This document shows positions 38,334-49,757 of a stretch of DNA of 62,006 nucleotides, piece after piece. The stretch spans positions 1-62,006 of IMG/VR virus record IMGVR_UViG_3300028394_000083; one strand, given 5' to 3'. The translations under genes and the position numbers were made by a program. The first letter of the stretch is position 1; the number at the start of each line of letters is the position of its first letter. Origin of the DNA: a virus (lineage: Duplodnaviria; Caudoviricetes). A model generated the notes under the pieces. The model was given only the letters and a program-made list of their open reading frames with translations, searched no databases and was not told the DNA's origin.

Positions 38334-38385
38334 AATAATATTATAAATAGTTTGATTAAATAAAAAAATAAACATATCTTTGACT

Positions 38386-39345
38386 ATGGAAAAAATGAAG
38401 CGGATATTGTTTGAAGAATTGGATTACCAAATACAAGGTGCGGACATATACAACACCAAAACGTCTAAATGGTTGATATTTACCGATAGTAAAAAATGGG
38501 TTTTAGAATATACAAACTCAAATACTCTTTGGTATAATTATACGTTTTTTAACAACACTCTTATTTTTTTTGGTATGGATTGTGCCGATGCCGATTCAAA
38601 AGATATGATTAAAGAATGGTTTGAATCAAGATTTTTAGAAAAAAATATTGCTCATGTTGCTGCTGGAACATCTTATATACCGTACTCAATAGTTGAAAAC
38701 GTAGTTCAAAATGGGGTGAAGCACACCTACAAAAAGAAAATTACGCGATTAAATGAAGTTGAAGATACCATTCAAAATGGAGTTAAATTAACGTTGGATT
38801 TATACAATCGGCGTGAATTTGAGGTTGAAGACACAGTTCAAAATGGGGTGAAATTAACTGAATTATACAAAGGAGTTAGACCATCCGCAGTTGAAGATAC
38901 CATTAAAAATGGTGTTAAAACTATGATGTCAGGAAGTGAGTGGTATCATAAAGATGAAGTTGAAGAGATTATTCAAAAGGGTGTAAAGGAGACTATTGGA
39001 ACACTACGACGAACTAAACTTGGGGTCGATGATATTATTAAAAATGGAGTAAAAGACACAGGTGCTAGACATCTTCGTATAAATCGTAAAGTTGATGATG
39101 CTATTGAAAATGGTGTTAAAGAAGTTAAAACACCCGGTGATGGGGACATTGAATCTACAATGGATTTTATGAACGAAAATAATACATTGGATGTCCAAAA
39201 ATTACTTGATGATGTAATTGAAAATGGTGTTAAAGAAGTTAAACATAGGTTGATAGAAAGTTATGAACAAAAAGATCATCAAGTAACCACATTAGAAATA
39301 TCACAGAATATTAAAAACGCAATTGAAAACGGAGTAAAAGAATAA
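38386..39345 (+). CDS. tandem-repeat protein (9 x VEDxIxNGVK)
   Basis: Mostly ~22-aa period with variable linkers. Confidence 0.8.
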   Translation: MEKMKRILFEELDYQIQGADIYNTKTSKWLIFTDSKKWVLEYTNSNTLWYNYTFFNNTLIFFGMDCADADSKDMIKEWFESRFLEKNIAHVAAGTSYIPYSIVENVVQNGVKHTYKKKITRLNEVEDTIQNGVKLTLDLYNRREFEVEDTVQNGVKLTELYKGVRPSAVEDTIKNGVKTMMSGSEWYHKDEVEEIIQKGVKETIGTLRRTKLGVDDIIKNGVKDTGARHLRINRKVDDAIENGVKEVKTPGDGDIESTMDFMNENNTLDVQKLLDDVIENGVKEVKHRLIESYEQKDHQVTTLEISQNIKNAIENGVKE

Positions 39346-39366
39346 AAAAATTATTATATTTGCATT

Positions 39367-39759
39367 ATGGAAAAAATATTATACTGTGTTAGAGGGGTTG
39401 CAGGATCAGGAAAATCAACATTTGCTAAAACATTAGGTGGGAGACACTACGAAGCTGATATGTTTTTTATTGATCCAATTTCGGGAGAATATAAATTTGA
39501 CGGATCCAAAATTAAACTAGCACACGAATGGTGTCAAAACCGAGTAGAGGGGGATATGATATTAAATATGGATAAAATTGTTGTTTCAAACACCTTCACA
39601 CAGTTCTGGGAAATGGAACCATACTTTGAACTTGCAAAGAAGTATGGGTATAAAACTTTCAGTATTGTTGTGGAAAACAGACACGGAGGTGTAAACCAAC
39701 ACGGAGTACCTGAAGAAAAAGTAGAGCAAATGCGTAATCGTTTTGAAATAAAATTATGA
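39367..39759 (+). CDS. P-loop kinase (polynucleotide-kinase-like)
   Basis: RGVAGSGKST...EAD...AHEWCQ...VSNT...HGVP. Confidence 0.8.
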   Translation: MEKILYCVRGVAGSGKSTFAKTLGGRHYEADMFFIDPISGEYKFDGSKIKLAHEWCQNRVEGDMILNMDKIVVSNTFTQFWEMEPYFELAKKYGYKTFSIVVENRHGGVNQHGVPEEKVEQMRNRFEIKL

Positions 39760-40409
39760 GTTTTAAAAAATTATTAACAACAGGAAAAGTGTGGATTACA
39801 AGTGATAATCACTACGGGCACAAAAACATTTGTCGTGGTGTAACAAACTGGCGAACACAAGATGGTGAAATACCTGTTGATTCAACAAGGGACTTTCAAA
39901 CAATTGAACAGATGAACCAAAGACTTGTTGATGGTATTAACCACTTTGTTGGTCAAGATGATACTTTAATTATGTTGGGTGATGTTTCATTTGGAGGATT
40001 TGATAACATTGGTATTTTTCTTGAAAGACTGGTATGTCATAACATTCATTTAATACTTGGAAATCATGATACGCATATTGAGAGAGACCGCGATTTTGTT
40101 AGAGGAAGATTTTTAAGTGTTCAACACTACTTGGAAGCAAATATTGAAGGTCGTGACTTTGTATTATGTCATTATCCTTTACAAAGTTGGCACGGACTTA
40201 ACAAAGGTGTGATCCACCTTCACGGGCACGTACATTTACCACCACACCGTAGATTTGGTAACGGAAAAAGGATGGATGTTGGTGTGGATGGAAACGGAAT
40301 GGATCCATACAGTATTTCTGAAATAATCAAAATTATGGATAAAATACCTGTTGGTTCTGATATGTCAGGTGATCACCATTTGGACGGGTTAGTTGGTGTT
40401 GTAGGTTAA
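39756..40409 (+). CDS. calcineurin-like metallophosphoesterase
   Basis: SDNHYGH, LGD, GNHD, HYP and HGHVH motifs. Confidence 0.9.
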   Translation: MSFKKLLTTGKVWITSDNHYGHKNICRGVTNWRTQDGEIPVDSTRDFQTIEQMNQRLVDGINHFVGQDDTLIMLGDVSFGGFDNIGIFLERLVCHNIHLILGNHDTHIERDRDFVRGRFLSVQHYLEANIEGRDFVLCHYPLQSWHGLNKGVIHLHGHVHLPPHRRFGNGKRMDVGVDGNGMDPYSISEIIKIMDKIPVGSDMSGDHHLDGLVGVVG

Positions 40410-40435
40410 ATTACAACACCAATATATTTATTATT

Positions 40436-41662
40436 ATGAAAATCATTATAACAGAAAGTCAATTAAAGTTAATCAAAGAAGCGGTAGGTGTGCCAGAAGG
40501 AATTATGGACGCAGCCGAAGAATTATATGAGGTAATCTCAAATCACCTTAAAACAATTGAAGATAGGGAAGATGAATATAAATTTGTGACGGATGATATT
40601 AATTTAACTATTTCTGATTTTAATTTAGAAAGGATGAATCTAACTGTTGGTACTCAAGTCTATGATGGTTATGATGGTGATCCGGTTATTGCATCAATGG
40701 GTGTTGGTAATAGTTTTCGTTTTGACGATTCAATCTTAATGCAAGTTAATTTTCAGGACAATGAGTTGGATATTATGGTTAATTACGTGGTATCTGAAGA
40801 TTGGGAACCTGAAGAGTTATACGATACATTCACCAACGACGAAAACCACGTTATATCTGTTATGGCTCACGAATTAAAGCATAGGTTTGATAGATCAAAG
40901 AAAAGAACAAGTTTGGTTGGTAACTCCGCTCAATATCAAGCATTTTCTTCAGGAAGGTTAGATTTTGGTATTCCGGTAATCAGTGATTTTATGAGATATA
41001 GTTATTATATTCAATTAACAGAAAATTTGGTTAGACCAACGGAAGTTGCAACAAGAATGATAAAAAAGGGCATCACAAAAGAAAAATTTTATGATTTTAT
41101 AATGAATGATGAGGCGATGGTTGAGTTAAAGAAAATACAAAATTTTTCATATGATTATTTGATTGAACAATTATATGAACAAATGGATAGAATTAATGCG
41201 TTAATTAGTTACGCAGGAGGCAATCCAAATGAAATGGGAGATCAAGAAAAAGTAGTAAAAATATTGGAATTGGTGTATATTAATATAGCAAACCTCAAAG
41301 TAGATATATTTGATGAGTATATTGACAACAATAATGACAGTTTTGAAAGTGCGATTAGTCGTTTGTTTGGTGGTAGTATTACCAGTAAAAGAAATGAAGA
41401 AAAAGATAATGTTAGACGAAAATTTGTTAACTTTGTATCAAAATACCAAAATAGAGAAATAGACTTCTTTAAAGACGAATGTGAAAGATTTAATTACGAA
41501 GCAACAAAACTTATGAAAAAAATATCCAAAATATACTCATTGATTCCTGATGAGAAAGAACAAACAAACGAATCTATATTAAATTGGGACCTACACCAAA
41601 AACTTATGGAAAAAAGATATGGTAAAAGACCAATAGAAACTTCCTATAAATACAAAAAATAA
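40436..41662 (+). CDS. leader-bearing HExxH protein
   Basis: MKIIITESQLKLIKE; AHELKH; TATTTAT at 40425. Confidence 0.7.
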   Translation: MKIIITESQLKLIKEAVGVPEGIMDAAEELYEVISNHLKTIEDREDEYKFVTDDINLTISDFNLERMNLTVGTQVYDGYDGDPVIASMGVGNSFRFDDSILMQVNFQDNELDIMVNYVVSEDWEPEELYDTFTNDENHVISVMAHELKHRFDRSKKRTSLVGNSAQYQAFSSGRLDFGIPVISDFMRYSYYIQLTENLVRPTEVATRMIKKGITKEKFYDFIMNDEAMVELKKIQNFSYDYLIEQLYEQMDRINALISYAGGNPNEMGDQEKVVKILELVYINIANLKVDIFDEYIDNNNDSFESAISRLFGGSITSKRNEEKDNVRRKFVNFVSKYQNREIDFFKDECERFNYEATKLMKKISKIYSLIPDEKEQTNESILNWDLHQKLMEKRYGKRPIETSYKYKK

Positions 41663-41855
41663 TTTGTTTAATCAAATTTAATTTCCTACCTTTGTAAGGT
41701 GAAAAAACCCTGTAAAGAATGTCCCCACTTTATTCGTAATCGTCACAACGATACTATTGTTGATTTTGCCAACAGAACCGGTAAGAAACACAATTGTCAT
41801 ATGACAGAAGGAAAAAAAGATTTGTGGAATGTTAAAGATAAAAAATTAGAATGTT

Positions 41856-42218
41856 ATGGATCAAGAAAAAATAACTAAATTTGGAACTTACGTGGAAACT
41901 GAAAGTGCAACAAAAATAACCGGTGATAAGATCACAAGGTTTGTTGAGAGATTGAAAAAAATTGGTATTGATGTAAAACTATCAGGAAACTTTCCTTGGG
42001 TTTATATTGATGAAATCTGTGGTAAAAGAGTAACTGAAAAGTTTGAGGCAAATCACGGATTTACTTTAATATTTCTTCCAGGAAGAAACGATAGTCCACC
42101 ATCTGAATTTACGGATATTACAGAGATATTCAAACTTATACGAAAGTATTCAAGAGAAGCAAGATTGATTCAAATGATGAAAGATGATGAAGAAAATGGA
42201 TTTTATGAAGAATTGTAA
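41856..42218 (+). CDS. hypothetical protein
   Basis: ORF in a packed operon. Confidence 0.7.
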   Translation: MDQEKITKFGTYVETESATKITGDKITRFVERLKKIGIDVKLSGNFPWVYIDEICGKRVTEKFEANHGFTLIFLPGRNDSPPSEFTDITEIFKLIRKYSREARLIQMMKDDEENGFYEEL

Positions 42219-42618
42219 ACTTTTTTTAGATGATGTGCGTTCACCAAAAGACGCAATAGGATTGGTTCCTGATAAACATAATAAGTTTTATTGGGAGAAT
42301 GATTGGGATGTAGTAAGAAACTATGATGAGTTCGTACAATACTTAGAAGTTAATGGTGTTCCTGAGTTTGTATCGTTTGATCACGATCTTGGTGATACTG
42401 CAATGGATGAATATTTTAGAAATGTTGCAACCAAAGGAACTTTGGACTACGACAATATCAAAGAGAAAACCGGTTTTGACTGTGCAAAATTCCTTGTTGA
42501 ATATTGTATGGACGAAAACCAACCATTACCAGAGTATTTAATTCATAGTGCAAATCCTGTTGGTAAAAAAAATATTGAATTATTTTTGGAAAACGCAAAA
42601 AAACATTTATCTTTGTGA
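42205..42618 (+). CDS. cyclic-phosphate-processing receiver-like domain protein
   Basis: LFLDDVR...SFDHDLG...TGFD...HSANPVG. Confidence 0.75.
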   Translation: MKNCKLFLDDVRSPKDAIGLVPDKHNKFYWENDWDVVRNYDEFVQYLEVNGVPEFVSFDHDLGDTAMDEYFRNVATKGTLDYDNIKEKTGFDCAKFLVEYCMDENQPLPEYLIHSANPVGKKNIELFLENAKKHLSL

Positions 42619-42619
42619 T

Positions 42620-43808
42620 ATGAAACTAATTAAATTAACATCCCATAAAGACGATAGTTTCATTTACGTTAATATTAATGAAATTGGACATTTTTACGAA
42701 GTAAAGGAAAGTCAAATGTGGCATCAAGGAGAACCAACAACAAAAAAACATACTGTGGTTGGTGTAACAACACATAATAACGGAGGATTCAAAGTTAAAG
42801 AAACACCAGAAGAAATAATTGAAAAAATTAGAATGATACGTAATCTTTCACCAACATACATAATAATATGAACTTAGATAAACTAACAATGGACGAACTT
42901 ATTTCACTACGAAATAAAATTGAATATAAAATAAATTCTTATGAAGATGGGTATTTGTATATCTGTTCTGTCCGTCAGTTCGGTAGTGTCTGGGAAGAAA
43001 GACCAAGTAATATATATGCTTTAAGAGAACTTTGTGATTCATATTATGGTGACAATGGTATTGTTGATGTCTATACCAACAATCCAAATTTAGAATTTCC
43101 TGAAATGGAGTTTGAAAACTATGGTGATGTTATGTTTATTAAATCTGAGGATGATTACAGAGAGTGGATTAAACACACTAAGGCTAAAAATCTTATTGAA
43201 GATGTAACACAACGACTTGATGAGTGGGATGAAAGTAAAAATTTACCATTTAAGTACCGTCCTTCTTTTGCTCCACATTGGACAAGAGAAGATGTTAGTG
43301 AATGGGTTACAGAGTTTGAAAGTAAGAAGTGGGATTTTACTGAACCAAGATCTATGAAGATAAATTATCTTGAAGACGACGTTGAATAATTAAAAAATAA
43401 TTATTATATTTGTGATATGAAATATTTAGGAATTGGTTTGATTTATTTAGGGTTCTTTGGATTGATAGGAACCGCAATTTACTTTACAGGAAGTGGACAC
43501 TGTCTTTGGGCTTTATTATTAACACCTAGTTTAAAAATGAATGACTGATGGAATTAGAAAAATTTGAACAAGCAAAAAAAGTTAAAGAAACCCTTGATAG
43601 GTTGGAAACACAAAAGTCTAAATTAGAATATGCACTCAAATCTTGTTCTTTGGGTGCAACAATAACATACTCAAGAGGTGGAGAATTCCGAAGTAAAGGT
43701 GAAGTTAATATTTATAACACAGGATCAATTAGGGAGATGTTAACTAAAGAACTTGAGAGATTGAAAGAAGAAATGGATTTAGTAAAAGAAGAATTTGAAA
43801 ATATATAA
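42620..43808 (+). other. block of small hypothetical CDSs (42620-42871, 42868-43389, 43548-43808)
   Basis: Packed ORFs with host-type promoters at 42608 and 43405. Confidence 0.7.
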
Positions 43809-43810
43809 AA

Positions 43811-44938
43811 ATGGAAAATCAAAATAGCGTAGCATACGTAGGAATAATAGGTTCAGTATCTGAAATACCAGGTGCTGACAACATAGAATTAGTTACTGTT
43901 GGTGGATGGAACGCCATAACTAAAAAAGGCGAATATAAAGTTGATGACCTTGTTATTGTTGCGACTACTGATGCGGTAATACCACAAAAATTATCTGATG
44001 GGTTAGGTGTTACTTCTTATTTAAGGAAGGGACAAAGAGTACGTACTGTTAAACTTCGTGGTGTTTATAGTGAGTGTTTAATAATACCGATGACTTCCTT
44101 GTCAGGTAAAGGGGCTAAATACATACCTGGCACTGATTTAATGCAAACACTGGATATAACTAAATACGAACCTCCAGTTAAAACCGTACAGTTAAGTGTC
44201 GGTGGACGTAAAGTAAAATACCATCAAAATCCTAACTTCAAAGTTTACTACAAGTTTCCTAACCAAAAGAATGTACCGGATATGTTCAGTGAAGAAGATG
44301 AGGTTGTTATAACTCGTAAGTTACACGGAACAAATACCAGATATGGAATAGTTAGAAAGAAGAGACTATCATTGTGGGATCGTGTTAAAATGTTATTTGG
44401 AAATCAGTGGGCGGCATTTGAATACGTTTTGGGTAGCCATAATGTTGAGAAAGGATCTGATTCACAAGGTTTTTATGATACCAACGTATGGGAAGAAGTG
44501 GCTATAAAATACAACATACGTCAAAAATTGTGGGATCACGTAAAAGATACTTACGAACCATTTGACTTGAGTGAAGGTGTTGTTATATACGGTGAGATAT
44601 ATGGTGCTGGTATACAAAAAAATTATGATTACGGATTAACCGATATAAAATTTGCCGGATTTGATGTCCAAGTTGATGGGGCATACCAACCGTACATAAA
44701 TGAAACTGTACATTTTGATTGTCTTCAATTACCACAAGTTGAGTTACTATACCAAGGTAATTGGTCCAAAGAGGAGCAAGATAAATATGTGTTTAATAAC
44801 AACATAGAAGGCACCAAAGTACCACACGAAGGTGTTGTTGTTAAATCGGTATCAGGTAACCGAGGAAAGGTGTCAAAATGTATAAATCCTGACTACAGCA
44901 TATTCAGTGAAAAAAATAACGTAGGTGACTCTCATTAA
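43811..44938 (+). CDS. ATP-dependent RNA ligase (DRB0094/Rnl2-like) with N-terminal OB/tRNA-binding domain
   Basis: IPGADNIE...KLRGVYSE; motif I RKLHGTN; YGEIYG; FD; EGVVVK. Confidence 0.88.
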   Translation: MENQNSVAYVGIIGSVSEIPGADNIELVTVGGWNAITKKGEYKVDDLVIVATTDAVIPQKLSDGLGVTSYLRKGQRVRTVKLRGVYSECLIIPMTSLSGKGAKYIPGTDLMQTLDITKYEPPVKTVQLSVGGRKVKYHQNPNFKVYYKFPNQKNVPDMFSEEDEVVITRKLHGTNTRYGIVRKKRLSLWDRVKMLFGNQWAAFEYVLGSHNVEKGSDSQGFYDTNVWEEVAIKYNIRQKLWDHVKDTYEPFDLSEGVVIYGEIYGAGIQKNYDYGLTDIKFAGFDVQVDGAYQPYINETVHFDCLQLPQVELLYQGNWSKEEQDKYVFNNNIEGTKVPHEGVVVKSVSGNRGKVSKCINPDYSIFSEKNNVGDSH

Positions 44939-44961
44939 CTTGATGGAGTCACTTTTTTTTA
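44926..44961 (+). terminator. intrinsic terminator
   Basis: gtgactc...gagtcac followed by a T run. Confidence 0.7.
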
Positions 44962-45899
44962 TTAACTTTATAAAAAATTAAATTATGCCTTACATAAATG
45001 TAAAAGTGGATTTGGATGAGGTTTACGACCAAATGGGTACGTACGATAAACACGATATGGCTGAATGGTTGTACGAAGATGGAATATTAGACAAACACCC
45101 AAACTCTGAAATAAGAAAAATGGTTAGGGGTAACGAAGAATCAAATGGAGAAAAAGAGTTAAGAGATAACCTAAGTAAATTATGGAACTCCCATTACCAA
45201 CTAACAAATGAAGAAGAATTATTAATAAAACAAATAGCAAATAGATTATGATACAACCAGCAAGGGAAATTATTTATGGGGTATGTGATAAAACAGGAAA
45301 TTGTGATTCATACTTCGGATTCTTCAAAAGTTATGAAGATGCCCAAAAAGAAGTTAAAGTACAATCCGATAGATTAAAAGAGGATCTTGGATTGATGGAA
45401 ATTGAAGTTAAAGAAGATCGTGCGGTCTTAATGAAAACGGATAGGGTAGAAACGGTAGTAATAATAATTCACAGTTATGTCCTTAGATAAAGAAAAAGAC
45501 CCAATAGGGTTAAAGATCACAAAGTTTATAGTTGCAAACGTTTTTTGGTATTTGTTATTTTCTATAATTTATTGGAATATTGATTGTACTGAATGGTGGT
45601 TAGCTAAAGGTGCTTGGGGTAGATTTGTGCTTGTGGTATTAGAATTATTAATTTATGGAGGTATATTTTTAAATGGAAAAAAAAGTTGAAGTTTTAGTTA
45701 GATTTGCTAACGAAAGTGTTTATTATAGTAAAATACTAATAGATCCATTAAAAATAGAAGATCCAATGATTTTTATTGATGAGGTGTTCTTTACTATAGA
45801 CGGTATTAGGGTAGCAATGAAAAAAGAAGATTGGAATACGTTAGAACAATGGAAAGAAACTGGAGAAGAGAATTAAAAGAAATATTAAAAAAAAATAAT

Positions 45900-46877
45900 A
45901 TGAGTGAAGAATATATTGAAGATACGGTAGAATATACTGATGACGAAAGAATGGATGAGCCTATTATCAGTACTATCGGTAAAATGCTTGTGGAGAAAGA
46001 AGTTGATAGTGATATTCCTTCTTGTTGGAGTAATTTAAAAAATAATGAATACGCCCCTGCGTACCCGACAGTACCAAAGGTTCCTGCTGGTGTTTATGAA
46101 ATAGGGTGGAATGCTAGTCTATCAACATATACAGTTAAGAAACAACCATTCAAGACAGATGAGTTATACCACTTACCATCATATGAAATTACAGACATTT
46201 TAAAAGACATTGATAATTTTTGGGATAGGGCTGACAACTATAAGAAGTATAACTACATCCACAAAAGAGGGATTTTAATGTATGGTGAACCAGGTTGCGG
46301 TAAATCAGGTATCATCCAATTAATATCACAACAAATAATTGAAAAAGATGGTATTGTAATCAATGTTAAAGATGAAGAAGATGTTGAAAGGTTTACATCA
46401 TTCATTGCAACATTCAGAAAAGTTGAACCTAAAAGACCATTAATTGTTTTATTAGAAGATATTGATTCACTTGCTGGTGAAGGTAGAAGTCAGACCGCAA
46501 GACTATTAAACATTTTAGATGGTGTAAAACAAATTGAGGGTGTTGTTTATATCGCAACAACAAACTACCCTGAAAAACTACAGGAACGTATTACAAACAG
46601 ACCGTCTCGTTTTGATAGAAGATACAAAGTAGAACTACCAAATGAGGATATCAGAAGAGCTTACATCCAACATAAATTAAATGACGATGATTTAGATAAT
46701 ATCAATATTGAAGAATGGATTGAAAAAACTGAAGGAATGTCTTTGTCACATCTAAAGGAAGTTGTGATTTCGGTTATTGTTATGGGTAGAACGTTTGAGG
46801 AAACGATTGACAACCTTGAAGGATTGAAGACCGCACCAAGAATTAAAGGATCAAATAGTATGGGGTTTGGAAAATAA
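45900..46877 (+). CDS. AAA+ ATPase
   Basis: GEPGCGKS; LLEDID; TTNYPE...RPSRFD. Confidence 0.92.
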   Translation: MSEEYIEDTVEYTDDERMDEPIISTIGKMLVEKEVDSDIPSCWSNLKNNEYAPAYPTVPKVPAGVYEIGWNASLSTYTVKKQPFKTDELYHLPSYEITDILKDIDNFWDRADNYKKYNYIHKRGILMYGEPGCGKSGIIQLISQQIIEKDGIVINVKDEEDVERFTSFIATFRKVEPKRPLIVLLEDIDSLAGEGRSQTARLLNILDGVKQIEGVVYIATTNYPEKLQERITNRPSRFDRRYKVELPNEDIRRAYIQHKLNDDDLDNINIEEWIEKTEGMSLSHLKEVVISVIVMGRTFEETIDNLEGLKTAPRIKGSNSMGFGK

Positions 46878-47063
46878 AATTATGAAAACATATAAAAAAG
46901 TTACTTGGGAATGTTTAAGTTGTAATAAACAACACGAATCACAATCTAATAAAAGATGGGATATGCAAGTTTGTGAATGTGGTAAAAGTGGTTATGACTT
47001 GGAGGAGTATTACTCAAGAACAATGGGGGAAATAAAGATAATAAAAGAAGAAGTGTTTGAAAA

Positions 47064-47492
47064 ATGAGACATCACGCAAATTTTTATACAAACAGATTGG
47101 TTAAGGAATGGTTAAAGAACGGTAAGATAATAATTGCTTGTGATCTTGACGACACCATCATACCTTACAACGAAGAAATCAAAGAGAATTGTAAAAAAAT
47201 GGTTAATTTGATTTTGGACTGTCAAAAAGAAGGTATTATATTTTTGGTAAACACCGCAAGAAGCGAACACCAATTAGAGAAAGCAAAACAACAAGTTGAA
47301 GAACTTGGTATTGTTGTTCACGGAGTAAATGAAATGCACCCTGAATGGGATAAACCTTACGGTATTAATGGAAAGTTATATGCCAATATATTCCTTGATG
47401 ATAGGGGAGGTTTTTGGGACACGTATTGGACTTTATCAAATGCTTTAAGTATTGTTAGACACCAAAGAAAAGATGGGAGTAAGGATGAATGA
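47064..47492 (+). CDS. HAD-superfamily phosphatase
   Basis: DLDDTI, NTAR, K...FLDDR. Confidence 0.82.
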   Translation: MRHHANFYTNRLVKEWLKNGKIIIACDLDDTIIPYNEEIKENCKKMVNLILDCQKEGIIFLVNTARSEHQLEKAKQQVEELGIVVHGVNEMHPEWDKPYGINGKLYANIFLDDRGGFWDTYWTLSNALSIVRHQRKDGSKDE

Positions 47493-48387
47493 TAATCATA
47501 GAACCGATCAGGAGTTTGAAAACTTTTTAAACACAATCAGTGGAGTTACGATTTCACACAAACCACATTTGGGACCAATTACAGAAAGAAGATATTTTGG
47601 TGTTGGTAATGGATGGTTGGGAATTGTTCAGAGATTATTTGAAACGCTGATTGATCTTGGTTGGGATAAGAGTTTCATCAATGTTAAAGAAAAGTTTGGC
47701 GGTATGAGTATTTTTATTGACAACATACCTGAAAATGGGTTTAATTTTATAATAGAAGCAGAACGAGAAACATTCCAAGTATGTGAAGTTTGTGGTGAAG
47801 ATGGTGGGCAACATAATATAAACGGTTGGATCCATACACTTTGTGACGAACATAAAGACGAAAAACTATATGTTGAATATCAGGGAAAAACATATTTGAC
47901 AAAATTATTGGAACCAATTAATAACGGTGATTTATATTATAACGCCAAAACTAATGAGATTATGGTTTGTGATGTTAATAATTTTTTTGATCCCTGGTCT
48001 CTAAAAGTGGTTGAAGTTATAAAAAATAATGATTAAATTTTTTGTATGAGTAAGTTTGAAAAAAAGATTATTGAAAAAGAAAATGAAAGACTTTCAAAGA
48101 TGAAGGAAAGAATTATAGACCTTTCATATTTTACAAGTGAGGAAACCGCAAAAAAATACCAAGAAAAAAAAGAAGTTGATGACAATTTTGTACCAATGAC
48201 ATTTAAAATTAACCCAAAGGAGGTTGAAAAACTTAATAAATGGATGGGAAATATTATAGGTGTTTATGGTAAATACGGTAACTTTGAATATACATTTAAA
48301 TCAACCGGTGGTTTAGGTTGGGATATTTGGGTTTATAACGATTTAGCAAAAACAGAAATATGTTTAACGGAAGACGCTGACTATTAA
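47485..48387 (+). other. two hypothetical CDSs (47485-48036, 48046-48387)
   Basis: Packed ORFs; first has KEKFGG...CEVCG...CDEH. Confidence 0.7.
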
Positions 48388-48472
48388 ATTTTTAACTAAA
48401 CTATATTAAGCCCCACCCACAAAGTGGGGTTTTTTGGTATTGTAATTGTATTCCATAACGAAAATAATAGTT

Positions 48473-49174
48473 ATGGAAAAGAAAAGTAATCACAATTTAG
48501 AAGAAAAAAAATTTAGTAATTTTATGGTTGGGTTTTGTTTTATGAGTGCAGTTGTTTTAGCTGCGGTTTCATACGGAAAAACAGAACCAATAGAAAAAAA
48601 ATTCAAAAGATCATCACCCGAAAACACCAATTTATTGGTTGACGCAACCGAAAAACCACCAGTCGTTGAACCACCAAAAGAACAACCACAACCACAATCA
48701 GCAACACAAAAAGATGAGACTTTGGATTTAAATAGTGATGTTGACACTACATCAAATACGGGTCCCATTAACAATAACCCATTTGTTGATTTAGGACTAC
48801 CAAAGGGAGATACAACCATACTTACTAAGGTTGATCCTGTACCTGTTGTTGTTCCTGATAAGGTTGAAGATTTCCCTGATATTGAAGCAGAATTTCCAGG
48901 GGGTTATGATGGTTGGAAACAATACCTTTTAAACGAATTAAAATACCCTGAAATTGCAATTCAAAATGGAGATCAAGGGACTGTTTATGTTGTATTCATA
49001 ATTGAAATGGACGGTAGTATTGGCGATGTTAAAATAACAAGGGGTGTTAGTTTTGAAGTAGATAGAGAAGCAAGAAGAGTAATTAAAAATTCACCTAAAT
49101 GGATTCCAGGTAGAATTAATAAAATGAATGTTAGAACAAGATTGAATATACCGATTAAGTTTAATATCTATTAA
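48473..49174 (+). CDS. TonB-like protein (TM anchor, Pro-rich linker, TonB C-terminal domain)
   Basis: FPGG...LKYPEIA...GTVYVVFII...DREARRVI...WIPG...IPIKF. Confidence 0.85.
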   Translation: MEKKSNHNLEEKKFSNFMVGFCFMSAVVLAAVSYGKTEPIEKKFKRSSPENTNLLVDATEKPPVVEPPKEQPQPQSATQKDETLDLNSDVDTTSNTGPINNNPFVDLGLPKGDTTILTKVDPVPVVVPDKVEDFPDIEAEFPGGYDGWKQYLLNELKYPEIAIQNGDQGTVYVVFIIEMDGSIGDVKITRGVSFEVDREARRVIKNSPKWIPGRINKMNVRTRLNIPIKFNIY

Positions 49175-49211
49175 TTTGTAAAATCAAATTTAATTTATTA
49201 TCTTTGTTATT

Positions 49212-49757
49212 ATGAAAGTTTTATTTTTAGATTTTGATGGAGTTTTGGCTCTATCTTCTGAATGGGGTGGACGACACAAGAAAAAAGGGTTTGACTCAAA
49301 TCCTGAAACTCCTATGGACATACGAATGGATAACTTCAATCAAAAAGCGGTTAAAGTATTAAATGAGATCATAGAAAAAACCGGTTGTGAATTAGTTATT
49401 TCATCTGATTGGAAACGACATGGAACTTTGGACCAAATAAAAGAAATGTTTGTTACTCGTGGAATTAAACCACCAATTGATATAACACCATTTTGTAGGG
49501 TTTTATTTCGTGAAGGCAAATTACCAGATGATTTTGTTTTACCACATTTTAATAAAACAGAGTATGAACGACATATTGAAATTTTACATTGGTTAAAAGA
49601 ACATCCTGAAGTAACTCATTGGGTTGCGGTTGATGATCTTGATATGTCAAAACGAGATGGTTGGGGACTTGAAAACTTTGTTCACTGTAAACGACCTAAT
49701 CTTGAGGGAATTAAACAATCTGGACTTAAAGAAAAAATATTAAAGTTTTTGGAATGA
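49212..49757 (+). CDS. HAD domain protein (RNA-repair-associated type)
   Basis: FLDFDGVL, ISSDWK, WVAVDD. Confidence 0.8.
   Translation: MKVLFLDFDGVLALSSEWGGRHKKKGFDSNPETPMDIRMDNFNQKAVKVLNEIIEKTGCELVISSDWKRHGTLDQIKEMFVTRGIKPPIDITPFCRVLFREGKLPDDFVLPHFNKTEYERHIEILHWLKEHPEVTHWVAVDDLDMSKRDGWGLENFVHCKRPNLEGIKQSGLKEKILKFLE

Noticed and set aside
38692-39339. CRISPR-like repeat/spacer periodicity (about 66 nt)
   Set aside because: Repeats vary at synonymous positions, stay in frame and are not palindromic, and no cas genes are present; this is a protein repeat.
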